Assembly: GCF_009914755.1 (NCBI RefSeq)
Contig: NC_060929.1
Origin: the human T2T-CHM13v2.0 reference genome, Homo sapiens
DNA: 64,000 nt
Direction: 5' to 3' (one strand)
In this document: one piece after another, positions 15,939 to 27,317 of the stretch
Layout: each line of letters opens with the position of its first letter
Numbering within the stretch: the first letter of the stretch is position 1
Program-made: the position numbers and the translations under genes
Notes under the pieces: generated by a model
Told to the model about the DNA's origin: nothing
The model's database searches: none
Seen by the model: the letters and a program-made list of their open reading frames with translations, nothing else

Positions 15939-18900
15939 ACTCAAGGGGATGGGAGAAAAGGAAAAGAATATGAGAGGAAAGAAGAAAAATCAAGGAGGAG
16001 CCACTGGGTGACCCACCTTGGGACAATACAGAAAGAGCATAGCAATGAGTTCTAGATGCAGCCCTGCCTGTCATTCAGTGTATTGCCTAAAGAGAGTCAG
16101 GTAAACTCTGGACCTAGCCCTTTCCACCAAAAAATGGGTACAGCAATGCCTGCCCATCACTAGCCCCAAAATCTGGGCGAGACACTGTTCCCAGCTTATG
16201 GGGCTTGTCAATATTGGATTCTGCCAAGCAGAAACCTAGAGTCTCCAGGCAATTAATACCTGGCTCTCCAGGGTGGGGCCTGAGCCCTCCAGAGAGCTCC
16301 AACAGGAGAGTCTCTATGTTCACTGTTCAACAGAGCCTCCTGGGGAGGGGGGTGGGCAGGCTGGCAGGGGCTTTACCCCCACTCCAAAACTACCCTGAAC
16401 AATCTGGCGCTATTTAGGAAGGGCACTTTGCTGTCACTGTGAATCGAGGAAACGCAGGCAGATAGAATTAGTGCTGCCCACCCATCTCACACTGTCAGAG
16501 GAGCTATTTTCAGGTCCTTGCTGCTGAGTTCATTTTCACATCCTTTGCTCTTTTCCTGTGTTTCAAGAGCTGAAGCACCAGAGAGGCCGGTCCCGATGGG
16601 TATTCTGGTCTGGCCACTTCCTGGATCTCTGAGGCCCAATAGGGATTTGGGGGAAGTGAACTTTGTAGAACTCAGGAGCAGGGTGGGGCACGAGGTTTGA
16701 ACACCAGCCTACACTAGTGAAGCACTGAATGCCACATATAATCTTAGTTACCTACGCTTTACAGACATCAAACCTGTGGCAGGAGGAGGAAAAGGAGCAG
16801 GAGGAGAAAAGTAAAGCCAGGCTAGGTGACAACCTAACCCAGCAAATCCCTAAGCCAGGACCTGAGCTTTCCAATTCCTGGTCCTGTGATGCTGCTGCAC
16901 CAGCGGATGCCAGGTGAGCCAACTGCCCACCTCTGGCTCCCCTTTGGGGCACCAATGGGCATAGTGCCTGGCCCAGCCTCCAGGGAGCCACACACACAGT
17001 TCAAGGGCCTGGTTCTCTGAGAGGGCAGTGAACCTCCCACCAATGGCCCGGACTTTTCCAGCCCCTGGTCAAGAGGCAGTCTTGTCTCAGTCATACTAAC
17101 AGAGTCTGAGTCAGGGGTCCTCGGCGCCTGCCTGTCTCACGTTCCTGAAGGAGGTACCAGAAGTCCTCCAAACCTCAGCCAGGAACCAACCATCCCCAGG
17201 TACTGGAGGGAGCTTTTAGGTTAAACAGAGGCAAGAAGAACCTGTGGACTCCTTCCGTACCAGCTGGAAAGGGAAGGTGGGTCTGATGGCCATGCCATCT
17301 CCCAGCAATACCCAGATAAGGGTCCCAGCGGGAGAGGTCGCTGGCCCCTACATCACCCTTGATATGAGGGCACTCACTCATCTCCCTTTGGGCCTTGAGG
17401 AAGTTAACAAAAATAATTAATTCCCTACCCTACCTGCTGGAACCACCTCTTGGTCAAGTTCTCCTTGCCCAGTGATACAATACACACTATTTGTTCCCAG
17501 GCTATTTCGTTCCCCAACTGGTCCAAGGGTCTGAGGATAAGAAACACTCCCAGGCTCCCCTCCCCAGCCTAAGACAACTTCATCATGCCAGGCGGGCCCT
17601 GGTGCCAGCTGCCCCTTGCTGTCACCTCCACAGTCCTTTGAGCTCCATGGGTCTGGCCACATGTGTCCCCATATCTCATAGCATTCCTCTCAAGGTGCCG
17701 GGCCTGCACATGGCAGACCCGGAGCCCCATGCTTCTCTCCTGGAGGAGGAAAGTGCCAGTAGGGTGACCTCTGCTCATCCGTCAGAGTTCAATTTAGACA
17801 TCACCTCTTCCAGGAGGCCCTCCCCAGCTGAACCAGGTACCTCTCCTCCAAGCTCCCACAGAACCCCATCCTTCCCCATTCCCAAGGGAAACTGGGAGGT
17901 AACCTGGCATCTTTGTTTGACCAGTGACTGGTATATGCAGTTGGTACTCCAAAAATTCTGGCTCACGGAAGGAGCATGCTTCTCAACAAATCCAGCCAAC
18001 CACATGGCCCAGGGCACTGATACACACAAATACTCACAGACTCAGCAAACACACCCTCCGGAGCCATGACCGCAAATATCCTGCTGAGAGCGCCTTTGAA
18101 GTTCAGAGAAATGCTGGGCACAGTTCCTCAGGCCAAGATAGGGGCAGCTGGGTGAAACAGGCCCCCTGCCAGTGCCACTGCCTACCCCCTTCCCCCACCC
18201 CAAGAAACCTACACAGCACTTTCTGGGGGAAAAGCAACCAACAAAGACAGCAGCTGCCTCCCTCAACAGCCAGACCCCCAGAGAGTTTAAATGGAAATAA
18301 AATAATCTCACTTCGTCACCCCAACCACAGATAGGCACAGTCAGGGGAGAACAGCCGGCTAACTGCTTCTTTGAAGAGGCGAAGACTCTTTTACCCAAAA
18401 GCTATTTGTCCTCCGTAAATGGGATTTTAGAAACAGTGCTGAAAGGGAGGCTATGGCCGCAAGAGCCTAAGCTTGTATTATACATTAGACAGATATTTAG
18501 AAATAAAGCTTGATTAAAAGGAAAGCTATAAATGACAGCGGAGAGCTCCAGACCCTCCGAGGCCTTCATGCAAATGTCTGGCTACTCTGTCCATCCCAGA
18601 AATCTGGGCCAAACTGTAACCACTTCTCTGATTTTTTAAAAACTGTTGTCTCCCCAGCTGCTTTGAGGGGCTGTGTTCTGTCCCTGGTGGTAGGCTCGGA
18701 TCTGAGGAGGGGAGGGTCTGAACAGGGACCAAGCACTTGTGCCAGGGGGCCCCTTGGAGCCGCTGTCCCGCAGAGGTTGGTGTGCATGCTCAGACTCCCC
18801 TCCGCAGGCTCCCCTGAACATCGCCTGGTCCAGGAGGCCTCCCCTCATCTGTCATCAGGCTAGGTCGGTGTCCCCTTTTCACAACACTCATCACACCCTG

Positions 18901-19143
18901 TGCCACCAGGCTGTGTGTGGCTTCCATGGGGTAGGGAACCCTGCCCTGCTCTGGGCAGTCTGTGAGATTAACTAAAGAATAGTGTGTCCCACACACACAC
19001 ACTAAGAGGCATGTCAGGAAGGAGGCCAAACCCCGGCCAGTAGACACCTGTGTAGTCAGCCTCACTTGGTCTTGTTAGTTACTGCTGTTATTATTATCAA
19101 CATTCATCAGTGATGGCTGCAGTTCCAGTCTTTGGCTAATGCC

Positions 19144-19273
19144 TCCATTTATGCCTAGTGTTCCATTAGTGGAAAGCTAAGCATGTGGGAGTTATTTATA
19201 TCTTACTGCTCAAGGTCATCACCAAGGTCTGATTTTTCAAATTCAAAAAATTACAACCTCAGGCATAAGTGGG
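19144..19273. mobile_element. MER85 piggyBac (PGBD3-family) MITE
   Basis: 13-bp TIRs tccatttatgcct / aggcataagtggg, internal palindrome ttcca-ttag-tggaa, body gctcaaggtcatcaccaaggtctgatt; TTAA at 19274-19277. Confidence 0.92.
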
Positions 19274-19367
19274 TTAATCACTGTTAAGACCCCCTTAGAA
19301 CTATCATAGGCTAAAAACTCTTCTGAGTCTTCCCTTTTCAGAGAAAATGAGCTTACTTCCTGTTCTT

Positions 19368-19757
19368 TTTAACTGAAGTCCATACTTTATTCAGATTTTA
19401 GTAGTTTTTACCTGGTGTCCTTTTCTTGTTCCAGGGTCTTCTCCAGGATCCCAATTACCCTTAGTTGTCACATCTGCTTAGGCTCCTCTTGGCTGTGAGA
19501 TTTTTCTCATACTTTGCTGGGTTTTGATGACCTCAACCGTATTGAAGGGTACTGGTTGGGTTTTTTATAGAATGACCCTCTATCAGAATTTGTCTGATGT
19601 TTTCCTCATCATTAAACTGGGTTTGTGGGTGGAAAACCACAGAGGTGAAGTGCCATTTTCATCATATCATACCTGGAGTACATACTACTAACATGGTTTA
19701 TCATTGTTGATGTTTATATTGGTCAACTGGCTGAAGTAGTGTTTGTCAAATTTCTCT
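19368..19757 (-). mobile_element. L1MC4-like 3' fragment
   Basis: gtccatactttattcagattt...ttagttgtcac...gtctgatgttttcctcat...accacagaggtgaagtgccattttcatc...ggctgaagtagtgtttgtc. Confidence 0.65.
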
Positions 19758-20420
19758 AGATCTTTTAATTGAAATCTTTCCCACCTCTCTAAACACCACA
19801 TCAAAAATCACCTCCTCCTAGAAGTCACCCCAGATTGCATGTGCACACACAGGCACACATACTCTATTGGCTCCTCTCAGGACTTAGCACACCTCAAAGT
19901 ATTTCAGATGTCTGTGAACTTTCCAACCTTATTTTGACTGCATGCTCTGTGAAGCAGTGACCTAATGCCCAGCAAGCATCTAGCCTACGATGAAAACTGA
20001 CCACACATTTAGTGCTCACTGATAGTACCTCACAGGCACTATCTGGCTATAACCCAATGAGGGAAGAAGGTCTCTTGTTATTGCCATTTTACAGATGAAG
20101 AAGGATCTTGTACAGCAAGTAACCAGCAGAGCCAAGATCTGGCTGTGTGGCTGTGCGATCGGTTCCTTCTTGGCTCTGCTCCACTCCTTCCCCCGGGGGT
20201 AGGTAAGCACTCTCAGCTTATCCTCCACAGCTGGTTCAAGGACCTGCTGCTGTAATGGAGGCAGAAATGTTTGGTGGGCTGAGAGTCTGGGGCCTCCAAC
20301 AGCAGCACCAAGGACGTGAGGCTCTGTCCCACCCAGGCTCTGTCCCGCTCCCAGCCCTGGCAAGTATGGACCATGACACCAGCACACCCACATCCCTATA
20401 AATCCTCAAACAACCACAGC

Positions 20421-20536
20421 TTTTTTTTTTTTTAACGTCAGATGGGTAATATGCTGATGTCATAATGAGGTTTAAGGGAAGCACACCTCACGTGAGTTTG
20501 AAAACTCAATCATCACACTTAGGAAACACAAAAGAT
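20421..20536 (-). pseudogene. U13 snoRNA (SNORD13-like) retrocopy with poly(A) tail
   Basis: Reverse complement atcttttgtgtttcctaagtgTGATGAttgag...cattacccatCTGAcg followed by A13 (T run 20421-20433) matches recalled U13 sequence; boxes C and D present. Confidence 0.85.
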
Positions 20537-21832
20537 CAAGCCTTACCAGTTTTGACATCCAGAGACGGGAGGCCGGGCTGTGCACTTGCTAACATGCTGT
20601 GTCAGCGAGAAGTCAAATGATGTACGTGGAACTGGAACATCTCCCATAAATTTTATTAAATTTTAAACTTTAATAAAACAATGACCCAATTCAAATGCCA
20701 GCTCTGGACTTCCTCATCCCCACCACCTACCATCATGGGTTCCCCAAGAACCCTCCCACTGGCAGAGTCTTCAGAGTGTTCAAGGCTTTCCTGTGGTGTT
20801 GGCATTGGACTCTGGGCCCTGGACCAGGGAACCAGAAGACAGGGGGCCTAGTGGGAGTCGATGGCCTCAGAAGACCCAGGTGGGCACACAGCTAGATATG
20901 ACCCAGGCAACCAATACAAGAGGTTTCCAGTCTCCAAGATGGGAGAAAGAGAGAACGGGTATTGTCAGCTCTGATTAAGGATGAGGCTCTCTGTTGATTC
21001 CCCAGGGACCCAGATTTAACAGTGTAGTTAAGAGCTAGGACCCCAAGTTTCCTAGAGTCAGACAGATGGTAAATCGGGCTCCAGAACAATCGCCCACTTC
21101 TCTCCAACAGCTACAGCAGAAGAGCAAATCGTCCCTTCTGTGCCCCTTCTCCTCCATCTTCCTTCAGATTCAGATAAAAGGTAGGGAACAAAGTAATCAG
21201 CATCCACTCAGCCAGGATACTTCTCCAAGCTTCACTTCTCCAAATCATGCCACCACCACTCTGGCTCTGGTCTGGGGAGATGAGAGGACTGTCCACGTGT
21301 CCCCACATCAGCCCCCTTCAGCAAAAAAGGAAGTAAGGAGGTCTCTATTTCTGGGGGCAGGGCATAGCTGAACAAAAGGCAGCAGAAACTTCCAGACTGA
21401 AACATCCCTGTCTGACAAGCTCTGAAGAGAGCAGTGGTTCTCCCAGCATGGTGTTTGAACTCTGAGAAAGGACAGACTGTCTCCTCAAGTGGGTCCCTGA
21501 CCCCTGTGTAGCCTAACTTGGAGACACCTCCCAGTAGAGGCTGACTAACACCTCATACAGCTGGGTGCCCCTCTGAGATGAAGCTTCCAGAAGAAAGATC
21601 AGGCAGCAATATTTGCTGTTCTGCAGCCTCCACTGGTGATACCCAGGCAAACAGGGTCTGGAGTGGACCTCCAGCAAACTCCAACAGACCTGCAGCTGAG
21701 GGACCTGACAGTTAGAAGGAAAACTAACAAACGGAAAGGAATAGCATCAACATCAACAAAAAGGACATCCACTCCAAAACCCCATCTGTAGGTCACCATC
21801 ATCAAAGACCAAAGGTAGATAAGACCACAAAG

Positions 21833-22852
21833 ATGGGGAGAAACCAGAGCAGAAAAGCTGAAAATTCTAAAAGCCAGAGTGCCCCTTCTCCTCCAAAGGA
21901 TCGCAGCTCCTCCCCAGCAACAGAACAAAGCTGGATGGAGAATGACTTTGACGAGCTGACAGAAGTAGACTTCAGAAAGTCGGTAATAACAAACTTCTCC
22001 GAGCTAAAGGAGGATGTTTAAACCCATCGCAAGGAAGCTAAAAACCTCAAAACAAGATTAGACGAATGGCTAACTAGAATAAACAGTGTAGAGAAGACCT
22101 TAAATGACCTGATGGAGCTGAAAACCATGGCACGAGAACTACGTGACGCATGCACAAGCTTCAATAGCCGACTCAGTCAAGCGGAAGAAAGGGTATCAGT
22201 GATTGAAGATCAAATGAATGAAATGAAGTGAGAAGTTTAGAGAAAAAAGAGTAAAAAGAAACGAACAAAGCCTCCAAGAAATATGGGACTATGTGAAAAG
22301 ACCAAATCTATGTTTGATTGGTGTACCTGAAAGTGACGGGGAGAATGAAACCAAGCTGGAAAACGCTCCTCAGGATATTATCCAGGAGAACTTCCCCTAC
22401 TAGCAAGGCAGGCCAACATTCAAATTCAAGAAATACAGAGAACACCACATAGATACTCCTCAAGAAAAGCAACCCCAAGACACATAATTGTCAGATTCAC
22501 CAAGGTTGAACTGAAGGAAAAAATGTTAAGGGCAGCCAGAGAGAAAGGTCAGGTTACCCACAAAGGGAAGCCCATCAGACCAACAGCAGATCTCTCGGCA
22601 GAAACTCTACAAGCCGGAAGAGAGTGGGGGCCAATATTCAACATTCTGAAAGAAAAGAATTTTCAACCTAGAATTTCATATCCAGCCAAACTAAACTTCA
22701 TAAGTGAAAGAGAAATAAAATCCTTTCCAGACAAGCAAATGCTGAGAGATTTTGTCACCACCAGGCCTGCCTTACAAGAGCTCCTGAAGGAAGCACTAAA
22801 CATGGAGAGGAACAACTGGTACCAGGCACTGCAAAAACATGCCAAATTGTAA
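21833..22852 (+). pseudogene. L1 ORF1p, disrupted
   Basis: ATG at 21833, premature stop at 22019-22021 and further stops/frameshifts; C-terminal ...ALQELLKEALNMERNNWYQALQKHAKL* ends at 22852. Confidence 0.92.
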
Positions 22853-22915
22853 AGACCATCAAGGCTAGGAAGAAACTGCATCAACTAACAAGCAAAATAA
22901 CCAGCTAACATCATA

Positions 22916-23221
22916 ATGACAGGATCAAATTCACACATAACAATATTAACCTTAAATGTAAACCTGGGCTAAATGCCCCAATTAAAAGACACAGACTGGC
23001 AAATTGGATAAAGAGTCAAGACCCATCCGTGTGCTGTATTCAGGAGACCCATCTCACATGCAGAGACACACATAGGCTCAAAATAAAGGGATGGAGGAAG
23101 ATCTACCAAGCAAATGGAAAGCAAAAAAAAGCAGGGGTTGCAATCCTAGTCTCTCATAAAACAGACTTTAAACCAACAAAGATCAAAAGAGACAAAGAAG
23201 GCCATTACATAATGGTAAAGG
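22916..23221 (+). pseudogene. L1 ORF2p endonuclease N-terminus, frameshifted and truncated
   Basis: atgacaggatcaaattcacacataaca (MTGSNSHIT) at 22916; indel near 22960; L1 homology stops after GHYIMVK. Confidence 0.9.
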
Positions 23222-24659
23222 AAGTAAGGGGGTCTCCTGCACAGGAAGGGCAGTGTGGTCCCCCAGTTCCCCCGTCACACAGCAACAGCCTCAAGGACCC
23301 TGCTTCCTCATCCCCAGCCCACTTCTTGCCATTTGCTGGATTGCATGCCTTCTAAAATCAGACTTCCTGCAGAAATGCTTTCAGAAAAACATTACAAAAC
23401 AAACTGGTGACTGTGAGTACAACACTGAGCTTCCTAGCACCCTGCCCGACATGCCCCAGTCCCTCCACCACACACTCGTGATGAAACCCCTGGGAGGCCC
23501 CCATGGAAGTTCAGCCTACTTAGCTCAGCACCTTTCAAGCACCATTTCCAGCCATCATCACTTTTTTCCAGGCCAGAAATCTTGTTGAAAGGATGGAAGA
23601 AAAGAGAGAGATCTGCTAGCCTCGGAACTAATCCATTGTCATTCCAGCCAAGGGGCCCTCCATCAGCTTTGTAAAGCTTTCACTATGAAGCAGCTTCTAA
23701 GTCCAGGCAAACAAACCAGCCTATGGAATTCCATCAAGAACCCAGGAATCCTTGGAGTTGGCACTACAGACCCTCCCCGCTGGTGTTGGATTTCAAGGGC
23801 CTCCAGGATTGCTGACTCTCCCTGCTGCAGCCGCTGCCTCTCTCACTTCCACACCAAGCCCATTAGGTTTTCTTCAATTCTTAATGCCCTTCAAGGATAA
23901 ACATGTTTCCTTAAAATGAAGAAATTTTTTCTCCCCCAAAGGGTGAGAATGTTTCACACTAGGGAGAAGAATAGGAGAAACAGTTCAATTAGGTTTAAGG
24001 CATACGCCCACAAAACCCACTCTGTTGTAATTGAAAGTAATGAAGTTTAATAAAAAACCAGCACAGCCCCTTCAGCATCAGATTAGATAGATGTCACTGA
24101 AACTCATTTGAGCGCTGTCTTTCAAGGTTCCTTCCGCAGGGCATTGCAATGAGCAAAAGCCAAGGAGAAGGAGGACAGGTTAATAGTTCTGACTCCCTTC
24201 TAATCAGTCTCAGCTGGGAGGGGATTCTGGGATTGGATGCCTGCTGCCTGCCAAAGCCCCTCGCCAAGGACCTGTTGAGCCCACATCGGGGCTCAGCCTT
24301 CACGGTCACTTCATGTGTTGGCTAGGCTGGGAACACACAAATGTGCACACATGCACACATACACAGCGGGCTTGTGGAGGCCAGGCCACAGCGCCCCTCC
24401 CTGCCAGCACCATCTCTCACCCAGCAAGGGTCCTTCAATCAACTGCCAAGGGGCCCAGGGTCATCAACCCACCTGCAGAATGCTCATTCTCGCCCAGGGG
24501 CATTTTCAAGAGACAGATTCACAAATGCACTCCTTGAACTCTGACCCTCTTCTCCTAAATGCCGCGGGGCCTGTCACCTCAGCATAACTGAACCGAATCA
24601 TCGAGCATCTTTCGCCCAAAACAACTACTCCCCCTGACTTCCCTAGTCTTCTCTTCCAT

Positions 24660-25520
24660 GTTTTTATTACAAAAGTAATAGATGTTCATTATGGAAAATT
24701 CAAAAAATACAGAAAAGCCATAAGAAGAAAATGAGAATATCTCATAATATCACCACTCAGAAATCACATTAACATTTTGGTTTATAGTCTTCCGCGCATT
24801 TTTGTGTGCATATGAAGACAGGTTTTTCGTGTTTTTTCTAAAGCAAAAATGGGATCCGAACATTGGCTTCCTTATCTCTGTTCCTATTAAAGTGCATTCT
24901 CTGTCACACAGACTCAGAATCTATGACTCCTGCTCCCCCAAAACCCACTTCTGGGCACTCACCAAGCTTGCGGCACCTCCTTCATTTGTCCCTTTATCTG
25001 CATTCTCATTGCTTTGTGGCTGCATTCAAATTCCCCAGTGTGGTAAGGCCGGGCTCTCACTATCCTCCTAGCTGTTCTTCCCTCCTAGCCCAGGAGGAGG
25101 GAGAGGTTAATTGGTTTTACTCACCATCTGTCTGTGTTGTAAACACATCTGAGCAGAGTTCACAATCTCCCTCTCCAAGGAACGGATTGCATCAGTCCCA
25201 GAGATTGGTCAGATGATGGTATATTCCAACCATGGAATACTACGCAGCCATGCATAAATGGTGCAGTGGGACAATGTTTAAGACTTGGAGAAATGTTTAA
25301 AAAGCAGCATACACAACAATATTTATAGTAAAATCTCAATCTTCTTCAAAATTGGGTACATTTATAAATATACACATATACCTATAATAATGAAGCGATA
25401 TGCACTAAAAAATTAATACTAATCTGCAGATTATTTAAAATTTCTTCTTTGTGCTTCCCTGGATCTTCCAACATTTATATATTGAACATTTTTGCTTTGG
25501 GAAATTTTTATTTTTAAAAA
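24660..25520. mobile_element. L1ME-class 3' fragments (minus ~24660-24900, plus ~25215-25520)
   Basis: aaagtaatagatgttcattatggaaaatt... and atggtatattccaaccatggaatactacgcagcc; degenerate. Confidence 0.5.
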
Positions 25521-25560
25521 TGTAAAAGCTTGGGAGGATTTAAAGAAAAACTGCCTAGAG

Positions 25561-25742
25561 CAATGGTTCTCAGATTTTATCCACATCAGAATCACCTGGA
25601 GGATTCATTAAAACACAGATTTCTGGGCCCCGTGCCTGGAGTTTCTAACTCTGGATCTGGGTGGGAAAGCCTGAAAATTTGCACATCTAACACGTTCCAG
25701 GTGGGGCTGATGCGGCTGGTCCAGATCCTTTGAAAACCACTG
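25561..25742. mobile_element. MER5A
   Basis: caatggttctca...catcagaatcacctggagg...ctgggcccc...ctttgaaaaccactg; hAT-type 8-bp flanks gcctagag / tcctagaa. Confidence 0.85.
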
Positions 25743-26450
25743 TCCTAGAAGCTCCCAGCAGATGGCATTTAGGAAGAAGGCAACAGCACCGTGCTGAATC
25801 AATGATGGGGAAATACCTCCTCACTCCTGCAGGAAGCCATCAACCTTCTAGGGATCCCTGAGCTTTGTCCCACGTGGACAATGCGCAATAGACACCACTT
25901 GTGTCCCTGACTTGTGTCCAGAGGACACTGCTGCCCTCTCCTTTTCCCAGAATGGGCCCTTCAAGACCCATTCGCCTTGAACTTTTTTGGGCACTGCTCT
26001 GTCCTGCCACTGTGCCCTGGGGTCCAAAGAGATGCTACAGGAGAGATGAAGGGCAGGTCAAGGAAGCTGCCAAGCTGTGAGCTTCTAAGGGCCCAGGAAA
26101 GCCCCACACAGAGATAGCCAAACACAGAAATCCAATGTCAGCGCATGCTCCTACGCATCAGGGAAGGACTCCTCATCCTGTGGCCCCATGTTTCCAGGAC
26201 ACTCTTCCTTAAATAGCAAACTCTCCTGAGCCCATGCCTTCATTCCTTACTTTCAGTTATCTGTCTTGTGCCTGGCTTGTCATCCTATCTAGCCGGACAG
26301 AGAAGAAACCAATTATGGCAGTGCAGGGAGGCCCATCCTAGGACCGAGGTGTACATGAGGGCCATCAGCACACCAAGGAGGGCCATTCACATGGTCTGAG
26401 GACAGCAAAAGTGTTTAAATAATGTAGGCTCAAGAAAGCAAGACAGCAAA

Positions 26451-26562
26451 ATGGTTAAGAAGGTGGGCTCTGAGCTCACCCAGGGCTGGATTCAAACCCC
26501 AGCTCTATCTTTTACTAGCTTAACCTCTCTGGACTACAGCTATCCCACCTGTAAAGTGGGTG
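26451..26562 (+). mobile_element. MIR 5' half (split by MLT1F)
   Basis: atggttaagaaggtgggctctg...ggattcaaaccccagctct...cttaacctctctg...cacctgtaaagtggg. Confidence 0.7.
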
Positions 26563-27100
26563 GGTAAGCAGTTTCTAAAATGATCCCCAATGATCTCTGC
26601 CTGCTGTATTCACACCCCGATGGAAACCCCTCCCCTTGAGTTGAGTGTGGTTGAATCTAGCCACTGGCTTCTAATAAATAGAGTATGGTAGAAATGATAG
26701 AATGTCGCTCTTTTATTTTCTTTTTTTTTTTACTGGTTTTTTTTTTTTTTTTTTAGTATTTATTGATCATTCTTGGGTGTTTCTCGGAGAGGGGGATGTG
26801 GCAGGGTCATAGGATAATAGTGGAGAGAAGGTCAGCAGATAAACACGTGAACAAAAGTCTCTGGTTTTCCTAGGCAAAGGTCCCTGCGGCCTTCTGCAGT
26901 GTTTGTGTCCCTGGGTACTTGAGATTAGGGAGTGGTATGACTCTTAACGAGCATGCTGCCTTCAAGCATCTGTTTAACAAAGCACATCTTGCACCGCCCT
27001 TAATCCATTTAACCCTGAGTTGACACAGCACATGTTTCAGAGAGCACGGGGTGGGGGTAAGGTTATAGATTAACAGCATCCCAAGGCAGAAGAATTTTTC

Positions 27101-27280
27101 TTAGTACAGAACAAAATGGAGTCTCCTATGTCTACTTCTTTCTACACAGACACAGTAACAATCTGATCTCTCTTTCTTTTCCCCACATTTCCCCCTTTTC
27201 TTTTCGACATAACCGCCATCGTCATCATGGCCGGTTCTCGATGGTCGCTGTCTCCTCGGAGCTGTTGGGTACACCTGTAG
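27101..27280 (-). pseudogene. HERV-K np9 second-exon frame within SVA SINE-R
   Basis: Translates [59 protein letters not shown], closely matching the recalled Np9 C-terminus; no in-frame ATG in the listed ORF. Confidence 0.8.
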
Positions 27281-27317
27281 AAAGTCTGTCACTTCGCACT
27301 TGGAAGATTGCACAGCG

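Larger units (their letters stand above)
21350..23221 (+). mobile_element. L1PA (PA4-PA6 age) internal fragment: 3' half of 5'UTR, ORF1, first ~300 nt of ORF2
   Basis: 5'UTR tctgggggcagggcatagctgaacaaaagg; ORF1 MGRNQSRKAENSK...; ORF2 ...CCIQETHLTCRDTHRLKIKGWRKIYQANG...GHYIMVK; flanked by 20-bp direct repeats 21326-21345 and 23217-23236. Confidence 0.97.

Noticed and set aside
17491-18069. 192-aa ORF, and others at 34243, 37094 and 62065
   Set aside because: No recognisable domain, Pro/Ser/Leu-rich chance composition, and overlap with L2/MIR/LTR remnants
21599-21928. Antisense ORF in the L1 5'UTR as possible ORF0
   Set aside because: ORF0 lies in the upstream part of the 5'UTR that is missing from this fragment; this is the usual antisense read-through frame
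23029-23355. L1 endonuclease-flank fusion ORF
   Set aside because: GTG start, frameshifted from the ORF2 ATG, and runs into flank only because of the truncation
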